Shown piece after piece: positions 10,954 to 20,735 of a stretch of DNA of 64,000 nt. The stretch comes from Luminiphilus sp. Its GTDB lineage: Bacteria > Pseudomonadota > Gammaproteobacteria > Pseudomonadales > Halieaceae. The notes under the pieces were generated by a model, which saw nothing but the letters and a program-made list of their open reading frames with translations, ran no database searches and had not been told where the DNA came from. A program made the position numbers and the translations under genes. Numbering within the stretch: the first letter of the stretch is position 1; the number at the start of each line of letters is the position of its first letter. Location of the stretch: assembly GCA_029242325.1 (NCBI GenBank), contig JAQWUD010000010.1, positions 15,379 to 79,378 of the forward strand. The letters run 5' to 3'.

Positions 10954-10998
10954 CGGAAGTAAAAAAGCCTCGGCTAAGGTTATCTGAGGCGCAAACAA

Positions 10999-12165
10999 CT
11001 AGTCGCGCCGCAGATCCTCCCGTACCGCAATGGGATTGGGGAGGGTAAATACAACCCAATAGGAAGACACGAGCAGAGTCAGTATTGTCGTGGCTTGGAT
11101 CAGTGTAGCCGCGGGCACACCCAGTAGCCCTTTGGATAACCCGAGGGCCGCAATCAACAGTGCGAATTCACTGCACTGACCCAGCCTCAGGCCCAAATTC
11201 CAGCCAAGCCGTCGCTCGTCGAAAACGCCTCTGACGAGTATTTGAAAGACCACCGGTTTCAGGATCAAAAAGAATGCGGCGATCACCAGAGCGGGCAGGG
11301 CTACCATTGGCAGGGCTGCCATGTCGAGTCCGCTTCCCACCGAGAAGAAAAATACGACCAAGAAAAAGTCTCGCAGCGGCTTGAGGCTAATGGCGATGTA
11401 TTGGGCGATGGGACTGCTGGCAATACTGATTCCAGCAATGAAGGCGCCTATCTCAGCGGATAGGCCGAGCCACATCGCGAGTTCAGCCATGCCCAGGCAC
11501 CAGCCGATCGATAGCAAAAAAATATACTCATGAAACCGATCGAACCGGCGAATCAGTGCTAGCAGGACCAGCTTCACGCTGATCCAGCTCAGCGCACCCA
11601 ATACCGGCAAGCTGAGCAGAGGGCGGAGCAGCGTCTGCCAGGTGATTTCAGTTGAACCGATGCTCTCCATCATGACCAGCACAATAATGGCGAGTAAGTC
11701 CTGAAACAGCAGCAGCGCAATCATGAGCTCGCCGAGATGGCGATGATGAAGTACCGTAGTAGGCAGGAGCTTTATACCAATGATGGTCGAGGAAAAGACC
11801 AACGCAGCAGCAATCAATACCGCATCTAGACCCGTAAATCCGAATAAGCGACTCAGCGCGTAGCCGCTGCTGGCAAATAGGGCTGCGCTTAGCGTTGCAA
11901 CCAAAGTCGATTGTCGAAGGCTGTTCCAAAGCGCCGATGGCTTCATGTCCAAGCCAAGTAAGAATAAGAGCAAAATGATGCCGACGTGGCCCGCACCTGA
12001 AACCAATTCCATGTCAGAAACAGCGCCAAGCCCATGGGGTCCCAATGCCATACCAAGGGCGATATACGCGATAATAATGGGCTGCCGCGCATAGAGGGCC
12101 AGCGAGGACAGCACCGCCGCGCCCAGAAAGATGACTGCAAAGGTAAAAGTGATCCCCGTTTCCAT
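10999..12165 (-). CDS. Cation:proton antiporter (CPA2 / Kef-like membrane domain, no KTN domain)
   Basis: 388 aa and about 11-12 hydrophobic helices. The Na+/H+ exchanger family pattern is present (GPHGLG..., LLLFLLGLDM, GAFIAGI). Confidence 0.8.
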   Translation of the reverse strand: METGITFTFAVIFLGAAVLSSLALYARQPIIIAYIALGMALGPHGLGAVSDMELVSGAGHVGIILLLFLLGLDMKPSALWNSLRQSTLVATLSAALFASSGYALSRLFGFTGLDAVLIAAALVFSSTIIGIKLLPTTVLHHRHLGELMIALLLFQDLLAIIVLVMMESIGSTEITWQTLLRPLLSLPVLGALSWISVKLVLLALIRRFDRFHEYIFLLSIGWCLGMAELAMWLGLSAEIGAFIAGISIASSPIAQYIAISLKPLRDFFLVVFFFSVGSGLDMAALPMVALPALVIAAFFLILKPVVFQILVRGVFDERRLGWNLGLRLGQCSEFALLIAALGLSKGLLGVPAATLIQATTILTLLVSSYWVVFTLPNPIAVREDLRRD

Positions 12166-12501
12166 GCCTGGTTGTGCTCCACAAACTGAGGCACGGGGTC
12201 ATGAGCGACCGTACCTGATTGATGCGTGATATTTGTCGAGGCCTATTCTGGCATATAGAAGAGGAGCAATGGACTTAGCGGGCATTTGACAGGGCAGCGG
12301 TGGCGAAAGCCGCAGGGAAGCGGTTAGAATGCGCCCGCCCGAAGTGGAGTGCGTTTTCGGGTGTGTTGATGGCGCGGCTCAGCGTTGCCCGGAGAAGAAA
12401 TCATGGCCAAAAGTAATATGGAAGATGGAATTGCTGACGCGATAGCGGCCACAGCCTTAATCAGCGTGGGACTCGTTACGCTTATTGTCTGGCTGAGTGG
12501 C

Positions 12502-13515
12502 CTACCCAGCTAAGCGCATTGCATCGGTAAATTTCTGATCGTCAACGTTTCCTCCGGTGAGGGTAACGAGGACCCGCTGTGCTCTAAACTTCTCGGGATA
12601 CGATATCAGGCTTGCAAGTGCGACCGCGCCACTTGGCTCGAGCCTGATGCCAAGCGTCAGGTACATCAGCTGCATAGCGCGAAAGACCTCTTCGTCTTCG
12701 ACGCTTAGACCCGAGGCGCCATTGGCGCGATTAATGCCGAATGTCAGCTCGCCGGGAGTTGGCGCCAACAGACCGTCACACCAGTCAGAACCGGTAGCCG
12801 GCGCAGGAGTCCTGCGGCCTAACGATAGCGAGAGTCGATGGTCATCCCAGCCTCTGGGCTCCGCGGTAAACACTTGAGTGCGCTCATCACGGGCTCGCAA
12901 ACTTGTGCCCATGCCCGCGGCAAGACCTCCGCCTCCGGTACACACAATGACACTGTCAAAGCCGTGCCCGGTTTGCTCAAACGCTTCCAGGGCGCAGGTA
13001 CCCTGCCCAGCAATCGTGGCCCAGTCATCATATGGTTTGACCAGTACGCCAGACAAAGATTGCTGCAAATCCATGGCCACCTCTTCACGATCCTGTTTAA
13101 GTCGATCGTAAAAGACGATGTCCGCCCCCAGCGCCTTGATGCGCGCGACCTTTGTAGCGGGGGCGTCGAGCGGGATCACGACCGTGGCATGCATTCCCAG
13201 ACATCGACCCGCGTAGGCCACGCCAATCCCATGATTACCGGATGAAAAAGCAACCACTCGATCCACGTGCTGTTGCTCCCGCAGCTGGGACATCACATTC
13301 AAAGCACCTCGGATTTTGAAAGAGCCGGTGGCCTGTAAGCACTCCGCTTTGAGGAACACCCGGCCCGCGATCATGCTATCCAATCGTGCCAGGTGAAATA
13401 ATGGGGTGGCCGCAGCGTAGCGATGCACCCTCGGTAGTGCATGCTCGATGTCGCTCGCGAGGCGACGCAGATCAATGGGCTCGCTCAATCCAAAATGGTC
13501 CTGACGATAAGACAC
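12502..13515 (-). CDS. PLP-dependent threonine/serine ammonia-lyase family enzyme (catabolic-type, no ACT domain)
   Basis: PLP-lysine motif TGSFKIRGA, plus SSGNHG and the glycine loop CTGGGGLAAG. 337 aa with a GTG start. Confidence 0.85.
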   Translation of the reverse strand: MSYRQDHFGLSEPIDLRRLASDIEHALPRVHRYAAATPLFHLARLDSMIAGRVFLKAECLQATGSFKIRGALNVMSQLREQQHVDRVVAFSSGNHGIGVAYAGRCLGMHATVVIPLDAPATKVARIKALGADIVFYDRLKQDREEVAMDLQQSLSGVLVKPYDDWATIAGQGTCALEAFEQTGHGFDSVIVCTGGGGLAAGMGTSLRARDERTQVFTAEPRGWDDHRLSLSLGRRTPAPATGSDWCDGLLAPTPGELTFGINRANGASGLSVEDEEVFRAMQLMYLTLGIRLEPSGAVALASLISYPEKFRAQRVLVTLTGGNVDDQKFTDAMRLAG

Positions 13516-13736
13516 AGAGTCAGCACCAATAAAGCCGTCAGCGTAACGCCTACTACGATGAACCGACTGCTGGATCCATTCTCAAAGTCACGCTCTCGCC
13601 TTGCCTGGCTCTGTATACCAAGGCCGGCCGACAGCGCTGATAAAACGACTTGTGACCATCGTAAATGCTGGTCGGTAATCGGAGGTGCATCCTCTGCTTC
13701 GACAAAGGTCAAGGGTGGGGGATCGTTATCAGGCAA
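13485..13736 (-). CDS. DUF2970 small membrane protein (start uncertain)
   Basis: The C-terminal 65 aa (VVLSALSAGLGIQSQARRERDFENGSSSRFIVVGVTLTALLVLTLCLIV) fits the DUF2970 pattern. The TTG at 13736 is preceded by GGAGGG with 8-nt spacing. The maximal ORF runs to the GTG at 13877 (130 aa) but has no RBS. The 3' end overlaps the dehydratase start by 31 nt. Confidence 0.5.
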   Translation of the reverse strand: MPDNDPPPLTFVEAEDAPPITDQHLRWSQVVLSALSAGLGIQSQARRERDFENGSSSRFIVVGVTLTALLVLTLCLIVRTILD

Positions 13737-13924
13737 GTCAGATTCCCTCCGACGGATGAGCGCCGCAGTGTAAGCGCTATGCGGGGTCGCGAGAAGAGGG
13801 GAGGACGCTTCAGTACAAAACAGCCGTGAGCTCCTACCAATATTGGCAATTCTGAATTGGCTCTCCTCGCAGTTCACGGTATTATCCGAGTATATTACTT
13901 GGTTATTTATACGACGGACGGGCC

Positions 13925-14500
13925 ATGATCACTATCACAGAATCAGCTCAGGAATATTTGGCGGAGTTGCTCTCAAAACAGGGAGATGCACTGGGGGTTC
14001 GCGTGTTCATCAATGATCCTGGAACACCCCGGGCCGAGACCTGCATCGCCTATTGTCGAGAGGGTGACCTTGAAGAGGGCGATGTTGAGCAGACTTTTGA
14101 CAGTTTCACCGCCTGGTTTCAAGGCAGAAGCATTCCCTTCCTAGAAGATGCGCTGGTGGACTACTCAACTGACCGCATGGGAGGACAGCTAACAATCAAG
14201 GCGCCTAACGCTAAGATGCCTCGCGTATCGGACGATAGCCCCTTGGAAGATCGAATTAACTATGTGTTGTATAACGAGGTGAATCCATCGCTTGCCGCTC
14301 ACGGTGGCGAAGTGTCATTGGTTGAAGTCACGGAAGATCAGTACGCGATACTCCAATTCGGTGGCGGCTGCCAAGGTTGCAGTGCTGTGGATATGACATT
14401 GAAAGGCGGGGTCGAGAAGACGCTTCTCGAGCAGATTCCGCAACTGGCCGGCGTCCGTGACAATACCGACCACAGTGATAGAAGCCAGGCTTACTACTGA
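13925..14500 (+). CDS. nfuA: Fe-S cluster biogenesis protein NfuA
   Basis: 191 aa. N-terminal degenerate A-type domain ([16 protein letters not shown]) and C-terminal Nfu domain with CxxC ([16 protein letters not shown]). Confidence 0.93.
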   Translation: MITITESAQEYLAELLSKQGDALGVRVFINDPGTPRAETCIAYCREGDLEEGDVEQTFDSFTAWFQGRSIPFLEDALVDYSTDRMGGQLTIKAPNAKMPRVSDDSPLEDRINYVLYNEVNPSLAAHGGEVSLVEVTEDQYAILQFGGGCQGCSAVDMTLKGGVEKTLLEQIPQLAGVRDNTDHSDRSQAYY

Positions 14501-14677
14501 GTTAAGGCGCAAGATTGGTATGAGGGACGGACAGAGAAGAGCTTATCCATGACCGCTCCCTCTTACTCCTGTTCTCATTGAGCGCAATGCCGTGGCGACT
14601 CAGATTACTGCCGGCGAGCACCCGTAAGGAGCGGGGTTTGCAACCATTGAAGCAGTACTCGTGGGATACTCCGCAGC

Positions 14678-17365
14678 ATGCGCGTCGCAGTTGAGCTTGA
14701 GCTTTTTTCTCCCTTTTTAGAATCCGGCCAACTCATACTTACGCCGGGCAGGCGACTTGCGCGCGACATTCTCAGCACCTGGGCGAAGCATTGCTCAGGG
14801 CACAGTCAAGTCGTATTGCAACCCGCAGTTGAACCCGTCGATAGTTGGCTGGAGCGAGAATGGCGAGAAGCCGTTGAGGACGGAAGGTTAGCACCACGGC
14901 AATTGCTCACGACCCAACAGGAATTAGCGCTTTGGCAGCAGGTGATCCGAGATGATCTTAGTGGTCGCGATGGGTTCACGCTGACACATCCCAGAGCCGC
15001 CGCTGTTCGTGCGCAATCAGCTTGGAATAAGCTGTTAATGCACGGCGGTACAGAAGTGTCTGACCTGTGGTCCTACTTCCAATATGATGACGACTGTCAG
15101 GTTTTTGCAGCGTGGGCCACGCTCTTCATGGAGCGCTTAGGACACCTTCAGGTTGAGACAAGGTACAGCGCCTATCGCCAGCTGCTATCTCTTCCTATCA
15201 GCAGCCGCCGCGCAGCTGGGCTTTATGTCGTGCCTGAGTTGCCACCGCTGACTTCAGAAGCGCTCCACCATCTTGCCGATATTAAGCCGATTGAGCCCCC
15301 GCGCAACGGGCTTCCTACGCCTCAGGTTACCGCTTTTGCTACTCGACAAGATGAGCTCGCATCAGCGGCAAAGTGGGCCAAGAGAAAGAGCGTCCGCGAA
15401 GCCTCAAGGATTGGCATCGTGCTCCTCGATATGGCAAAAGATCGCTATCGACTGGAGTATTTTTTGCGTCGGGAATTTGATTGCTTAGGTGCGCGTTATA
15501 ACGATCTACCCGTGAATTTTTCAACGGGCATGCCACTTGCCGACACGCCGCTGTTCCGAGACGCCCTGACTGCACTCGAGTGGGAGGTGCGCGCCCTGAG
15601 TCGGGCAGACTGGCTCTCATTAATGCGATCACCCTATTTACCCGCTCACCATGAAGAGCAGATGGGACTAGAGCTTATTGCCGCCCAGTTTCAAATTGGT
15701 ACCGCGGACGTGTCTCTCGAAAGCACGCTTCACCTTTCTACCCAAATCATGCCCGCTTCGAAGATAACCAAGATCTTACGAACTATTCGTTCCAGCCGGG
15801 ATCAAAAGGGCGTGAAAAGCTTGCAGGACTGGTCCGAGCTTATTCGCAAACGCCTTCTTTTGTGGCGCTGGCCGAGCAGGCATCCGTTAGATTCGGTAGA
15901 GTACCAACAGTTACAGCATCTGGAGCCCGCGTTGGATGCGCTGGCTGAGCTCTCCAGCATCCTGCCGCACCAGTCATTCGAGGCGGCGCTAAGCCTGTGG
16001 CGAGACTGTTTGACCACGACCGTATTTCAGCCTAAAACCCCGTTTGACAGCATACAGATACTCGGGCCCTTGGAAGCAGTGGGCGGTCGCTTTGACGCGC
16101 TGTGGATTTGCGGCGCTCAACAGGGCATTTTCCCAACTAGGCGCAGGATTGAGCCTTTTATTCCCACAGCGCTACAAAAAAAACTGGGTTTCGCTGATTA
16201 TGATAGTGAAACCCTTAGCAGGCAGGCGAAAACCCTGTTGGCGGTCTGGCGGGCAGGTAGCGAGGCATGCACTGTGAGCTTTCACCGGTACGACGAAGAT
16301 TTGCCGGCGGCACGGAGCCCACTTATCCAACCCACTCACGAGGCGGCGGACGTCAGCTGGTTTCCACCGCAGCCCTGGCAAGGTGATTCCGGCACCGAGT
16401 TGATGCCAGTGGATAGGGCGGCTCCCATTGCCGCTGTGATGGAAAACGGGGGTGCAACCCACATAGGCGGCGCCACTCTTATTCGGGACCAAGCCGCGTG
16501 TTCGTTTCGAGCCTTCGTCGTGCATCGGCTTCAACCCAGGTCGCTGTCTCCGGCGGTAATGGGTTTCTCCCCTGCAGAGCGAGGCGCTTTACTTCATGAC
16601 GTCATGTTTCGGGTCTGGAAATCTTTAGAGCGCCAAGCGGTGCTCCATGCGCTAGACGCCAAGGGTGAGCAAGCGCTCATTGCGGCCGCCGTCAGCCAGG
16701 CACTGATGCATTTGGATAAAAGCAGCGAGTCACGTGGCTTTAGTATTCGTGACCGTGTCGGGCATACCTGCTGGGAGTTGGAGCAGGAGGCATGCAGTCT
16801 CGTTGTGACCGCATGGCTGCAGCTCGAGAAACAACGCGAAGTGGACTTCAGCATAGTTGAATTAGAACAAACGCATACCCTTGATCTGAACGGTCTACAA
16901 CTGACCTTACGCCCGGATCGGATAGATGAATGTAGCGACGGACGGCGGCTGGTGATTGACTATAAGACCCATGCGCCAGCCAAGACGCGTTGGATTGAAG
17001 AGCGCCCGGGAGAGCCGCAGCTCCCCCTGTATGCGTTGCTTGATCACTCTATACAGGGAGTCGCGTTTGCGGCGGTAGCCAGCACTGAGTCGATGAAGTT
17101 TGTTGCGCTGGGTGAGGACTTAGGGCTCGGCCGAGAGTCGGGTCAAAGCCTTGAGCAGCAAACGAGCGGTAAAGCGTCACATTGGCAGGATATGGTTTCT
17201 CATTGGCATCTTGTGCTGCGTCAACTAGCGGACGAATTTCTGGCTGGCGCTGCGGTTGCCAATCCTTCCCCAGGGGCGTGTCGATATTGTGACTTAGCAC
17301 CGCTTTGTCGCATTACGCAGCTGAACACCGCTTCAGCGGGCTTCGCAGAGGACGCGCGAGAATGA
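14678..17365 (+). CDS. AddB-like PD-(D/E)XK nuclease subunit with Fe-S cysteine staple (no Walker A)
   Basis: 895 aa. Nuclease core LRPDRIDE...LVIDYKTH...QLPLYALL. One upstream Cys (QAACSFRAF) plus a C-terminal CRYCDLAPLC gives the 1+3 Cys arrangement of AddB. No GxGKT motif is present. Confidence 0.75.
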   Translation: MRVAVELELFSPFLESGQLILTPGRRLARDILSTWAKHCSGHSQVVLQPAVEPVDSWLEREWREAVEDGRLAPRQLLTTQQELALWQQVIRDDLSGRDGFTLTHPRAAAVRAQSAWNKLLMHGGTEVSDLWSYFQYDDDCQVFAAWATLFMERLGHLQVETRYSAYRQLLSLPISSRRAAGLYVVPELPPLTSEALHHLADIKPIEPPRNGLPTPQVTAFATRQDELASAAKWAKRKSVREASRIGIVLLDMAKDRYRLEYFLRREFDCLGARYNDLPVNFSTGMPLADTPLFRDALTALEWEVRALSRADWLSLMRSPYLPAHHEEQMGLELIAAQFQIGTADVSLESTLHLSTQIMPASKITKILRTIRSSRDQKGVKSLQDWSELIRKRLLLWRWPSRHPLDSVEYQQLQHLEPALDALAELSSILPHQSFEAALSLWRDCLTTTVFQPKTPFDSIQILGPLEAVGGRFDALWICGAQQGIFPTRRRIEPFIPTALQKKLGFADYDSETLSRQAKTLLAVWRAGSEACTVSFHRYDEDLPAARSPLIQPTHEAADVSWFPPQPWQGDSGTELMPVDRAAPIAAVMENGGATHIGGATLIRDQAACSFRAFVVHRLQPRSLSPAVMGFSPAERGALLHDVMFRVWKSLERQAVLHALDAKGEQALIAAAVSQALMHLDKSSESRGFSIRDRVGHTCWELEQEACSLVVTAWLQLEKQREVDFSIVELEQTHTLDLNGLQLTLRPDRIDECSDGRRLVIDYKTHAPAKTRWIEERPGEPQLPLYALLDHSIQGVAFAAVASTESMKFVALGEDLGLGRESGQSLEQQTSGKASHWQDMVSHWHLVLRQLADEFLAGAAVANPSPGACRYCDLAPLCRITQLNTASAGFAEDARE

Positions 17366-20300
17366 TCTGCGATCAGAGCGCCCGTAGTGATGCGATTGAT
17401 CCGTCGCGGAGCTTCTGCGTTAGCGCGCCCGCGGGCTCTGGCAAAACAGAGTTACTCACCCAGAGATTGCTCGCGCTCCTGGCAAGGGTAGATCGCCCGG
17501 AGCAGGTGCTGGCGATTACTTTCACCCGCAAAGCGGCCAGTGAAATGACCCATCGGGTGTTGGAAAAGCTGGAACAAGCCCGAAACGATGCGCCAGTTGC
17601 AGCAGATCATGACAAAGTGACCCGGCGGCTTGCGCTTGCGGTGATCGAGCATGCCAAGCGACGAGGTTGGCACCTAGATGAGGATACGCTTAACCTGCGA
17701 ACCATCGACAGCTTCTGCCACGAGCTTACCCGCCAAATGCCCATTCTGAGTGGGTTGGGTGGTGTCGCCGAACCTGTGGACAATCCGCAGGCGCTCTATG
17801 AAGAAGCGGTAAGGAGCTTCCTGAGTGCTGTTGATGACGGGGGTTCTTCAGAAGGTATACGGCAATTGCTTCGGGCGTTCGATAACCGATGGCAGAAGGT
17901 AAGCGAGCTATTGGTAGCGCTTTTGGGCCGGCGGGGTGATTGGGGTGCCGTAGTGGGGCAGCACCATAACCCCACCGCTGCCGAAACCACCATTGCGGCG
18001 ACCCTGGATGATTTAATTTCTCATCGATTGGCGCATCTGCGCCAACTGCTTGGGCACCACCTCGAGCGTTTAGCGCCGATTTTGAACGATGCTCAGCAAG
18101 CCCTGGATCGTCCAACATTGAATCTCCTCGTTAAGGCCGACGATCTAGCAGACTGGAGGGTCCTGGCGAGCTGCTTGCTGACTGCGCAGTATGACTGGCG
18201 TAAACCGGGGGGTATCAATAAGCGACTTGGTTTCGTACCTGGTAGCGCAGCCAAAATAGAGTTCATCGAGATTCTCGGCACAATATCGGGTGATGAGGGG
18301 CTTCGAGAAGCGCTGGAGGAGCTTTTCAATCTGCCTGATCGTCGAGTCGACAAGACAGCTTGGAACCTGGTGGTGGTGATTTCATCTTTGCTACCGATGC
18401 TACAAGCCCACTTACTGTGGTTTTTTCAGCGCTCCGGTGCAGTGGACCACACGCATATTGCCTTGGCAGCGATTCAGGCTCTGGGGCCTGATGATATGCC
18501 CACAGGCTTGGCGCAACGACTGGACTACCAGATAGAGCACTTGCTGGTAGACGAATTTCAGGATACGTCAGCATCGCAAGCGGAATTGCTGCGCTGTTTG
18601 ACGCGTGGCTGGTCTGAACACAATGCCACGGGCGCCGCACCGCGCACACTGTTTGTGGTGGGTGACGCCATGCAATCCATTTATGGTTTTCGCTACGCGG
18701 ACGTGTCGTTGTTTCTCCGTGCTCGTCAAGGCGCTTTAGTCGATATGGCACTCACCTCATTAACACTCACACAGAACTTCCGGTCAGAACCTGCAGTGGT
18801 GAGCTGGGTCAACGAGACCTTCTCGGCGCTATTTGGACAAAGGGATAACGCCAGCGTCGGCCGTGTGAGTCATGTGCGAGCCGAAAGTCATCGAACAGCA
18901 AATACAACAAGTGGTAGCGGGGTCGGGATAAAAATCTTCCAAGAATCCGGCGATGACAGAGAAGCACGATTCATCGCCTCCGAGGTGGCGAAAATTCGAG
19001 CCAAGGACCCACAGGCCACGGTCGCCGTCCTCGTTAGGGCAAAAAGCCATGCGCCTGGGGTCGCACTAGCTTTGGCTACGCATGGCATCGCGTGTGGGGG
19101 AGACGCGATTCAATCATTGCCAACGAATGCAACGATTGCTGATCTGATGACACTCTGTCGTTGGCTGGCAAACCCGGCAGACTCTGTTGCTGCACTGGCA
19201 CTAATGCGAAGCCCTTGGTGCGGCCTTGATTTAGCGGCGATCTCCACACTGCTCTCAACGAGTGAAGCTAGGCCGCTGAACCTGCTTCGTGCCTTGGAGT
19301 ACCCGGGATCTCACCTAGACGACGAGGAGCAACTGAGAATCGACCATTTGGTGTCAGCGCTCCGTTGGGCTGAAACCAAGCGTGATCGACTGGCGTTATC
19401 CGTATGGGTTGAACAGATTTGGTTGCAGCTAGCCGGCGCGCACAGCTCCAAGCGAGAGGACCTCCAATACGTTGAGTCGTTTTTTGCGATATTAAGGAGG
19501 GCTGAAGAGAGTGGTCGGGGTTTGGACATTAGCTGGCTGGAGCAAGAAATCACGCGCAGCCCCTCCATGTCAGAGGATGACCCGCATGCTGTTCGAATTA
19601 TGACTTTACACAAGGCGAAGGGGCTGGAATTCGACTACGTTTTTGTGCCTTACCTGCATAAACGCACCCGGGCGCCCCAGAGAGACCTGATTCGTTGGCA
19701 TTGGCATGAAGAAGCCACAGTAAGGGGCTTGCTGATCGCCGCCAATGACGATGATAAAGTATCGAATTCTCTCTATAACTATCTGAATTGGCTGCAAAAA
19801 ATAAAGGACAAAGAAGAGCTTAAACGCCTGCTTTACGTTGGTATTACCCGCGCCAGGACGTGCGCCTTTCTCAGCGCGTCGGTGCCCTGGGAGGAGGGTG
19901 AAGCCTTGCCCGACTCACCCGCGGGAACGCCTCTGAACTTGTTGCTTACAGCCACTCATGGTGCCAGCACTGTGGAATTCGTACCGCTGATCAGCTCGGA
20001 CGACAACGCTGACAGCTCCGGTACCAGCAGGGGGTCTGCCGAGGGTCACCTTATTCGTCTGAGCGCTGCGGCAATTATGGCGCATCAAGCATCTCTTTCA
20101 GGCTCATTTTATTCCGCTCCGGACTCGGCAGCCCCGAGCACCTTGACGCATGAAAGTAGCAGGGTGGAGCGAATCGTTGGAATCATTACTCACCGCGTGC
20201 TGGAGCTCCTTGCAACACAACCAGAGGGGCCACAGATCAACGAATTGATAACGCAAAACTGGATTGCCAATAATGTCCGGCTTCATGGGCTCACTCCCTC

Positions 20301-20688
20301 TCAGGCAAGTGAGGTACAGGCCCGCTGTCAGGGATTGATAAAAAAGGCGCTGGGCTGCTCAACGGCCCAGTGGATACTCTCTTCTCGCACGGACGCTTAT
20401 TCCGAAATGGCGCTTAATCGCATCGAAGATGGCGAATGCAAAACCTATGTCATCGATCGCACGTTTCTAGACGACAATTCAGGCATACGTTGGGTGATCG
20501 ACTTCAAGACCAGCGAGCCTCAACGGGGCGCATCACTCTCGGATTTTATCGCCAGAGAAGCGCAGGATTATAGGGGCCAACTCATCACTTATGCGGAATT
20601 AATAGCGGCCATAGGGTGGGCAGATCAAGCCCCCATCAAAGCAGGGCTTTATTATCCGGCGATTCAGCATCTCTCGGTTTACGAATAA
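17362..20688 (+). CDS. AddA-like UvrD/Rep superfamily-1 helicase with C-terminal RecB-type nuclease
   Basis: The ATG at 17362 overlaps the upstream stop (ATGA). SF1 motifs are present: APAGSGKTE, DEFQDTS, VGDAMQSIYGFR, TQNFRS, LHKAKGLEFDYVF, VGITRAR. The C-terminal nuclease motif is IDRTFLDD...WVIDFKTS...QLITY. Confidence 0.85.
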   Translation: MICDQSARSDAIDPSRSFCVSAPAGSGKTELLTQRLLALLARVDRPEQVLAITFTRKAASEMTHRVLEKLEQARNDAPVAADHDKVTRRLALAVIEHAKRRGWHLDEDTLNLRTIDSFCHELTRQMPILSGLGGVAEPVDNPQALYEEAVRSFLSAVDDGGSSEGIRQLLRAFDNRWQKVSELLVALLGRRGDWGAVVGQHHNPTAAETTIAATLDDLISHRLAHLRQLLGHHLERLAPILNDAQQALDRPTLNLLVKADDLADWRVLASCLLTAQYDWRKPGGINKRLGFVPGSAAKIEFIEILGTISGDEGLREALEELFNLPDRRVDKTAWNLVVVISSLLPMLQAHLLWFFQRSGAVDHTHIALAAIQALGPDDMPTGLAQRLDYQIEHLLVDEFQDTSASQAELLRCLTRGWSEHNATGAAPRTLFVVGDAMQSIYGFRYADVSLFLRARQGALVDMALTSLTLTQNFRSEPAVVSWVNETFSALFGQRDNASVGRVSHVRAESHRTANTTSGSGVGIKIFQESGDDREARFIASEVAKIRAKDPQATVAVLVRAKSHAPGVALALATHGIACGGDAIQSLPTNATIADLMTLCRWLANPADSVAALALMRSPWCGLDLAAISTLLSTSEARPLNLLRALEYPGSHLDDEEQLRIDHLVSALRWAETKRDRLALSVWVEQIWLQLAGAHSSKREDLQYVESFFAILRRAEESGRGLDISWLEQEITRSPSMSEDDPHAVRIMTLHKAKGLEFDYVFVPYLHKRTRAPQRDLIRWHWHEEATVRGLLIAANDDDKVSNSLYNYLNWLQKIKDKEELKRLLYVGITRARTCAFLSASVPWEEGEALPDSPAGTPLNLLLTATHGASTVEFVPLISSDDNADSSGTSRGSAEGHLIRLSAAAIMAHQASLSGSFYSAPDSAAPSTLTHESSRVERIVGIITHRVLELLATQPEGPQINELITQNWIANNVRLHGLTPSQASEVQARCQGLIKKALGCSTAQWILSSRTDAYSEMALNRIEDGECKTYVIDRTFLDDNSGIRWVIDFKTSEPQRGASLSDFIAREAQDYRGQLITYAELIAAIGWADQAPIKAGLYYPAIQHLSVYE

Positions 20689-20714
20689 AAAACCCGGCTG
20701 ATGCCGGGCTTTTC
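20688..20714. terminator. Bidirectional rho-independent terminator between convergent genes
   Basis: AAAAAACCCGGC-TGAT-GCCGGGCTTTT: a 6-bp GC stem flanked by an A-run and a T-run. It serves both the AddA-like gene (+) and the periplasmic protein gene (-). Confidence 0.7.
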
Positions 20715-20735
20715 AATCGGTGCGCTTTGCCGAGC

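Noticed and set aside
10971-10991. 11-nt identity GCTAAGGTTAT shared with 38148-38167, a possible REP-like repeat
   Set aside because: Hundreds of 11-mer coincidences are expected by chance in 64 kb. The flanks do not align and there are no further copies.
12298-12352. Cobalamin-riboswitch-like fragments (GGTGGCGAAAGCCGCAGGGAAGCGGTTAGAATGCGC...GCCCGAAGTGGAG)
   Set aside because: The GGGAAG/GGT.AGAAT-like core and the B12-box-like GCCCGAAG are only about 20 nt apart, whereas real riboswitches need about 100 nt of intervening helices. There is also no B12-related gene downstream. It is most likely chance similarity; a covariance-model scan (RF00174) would settle it.
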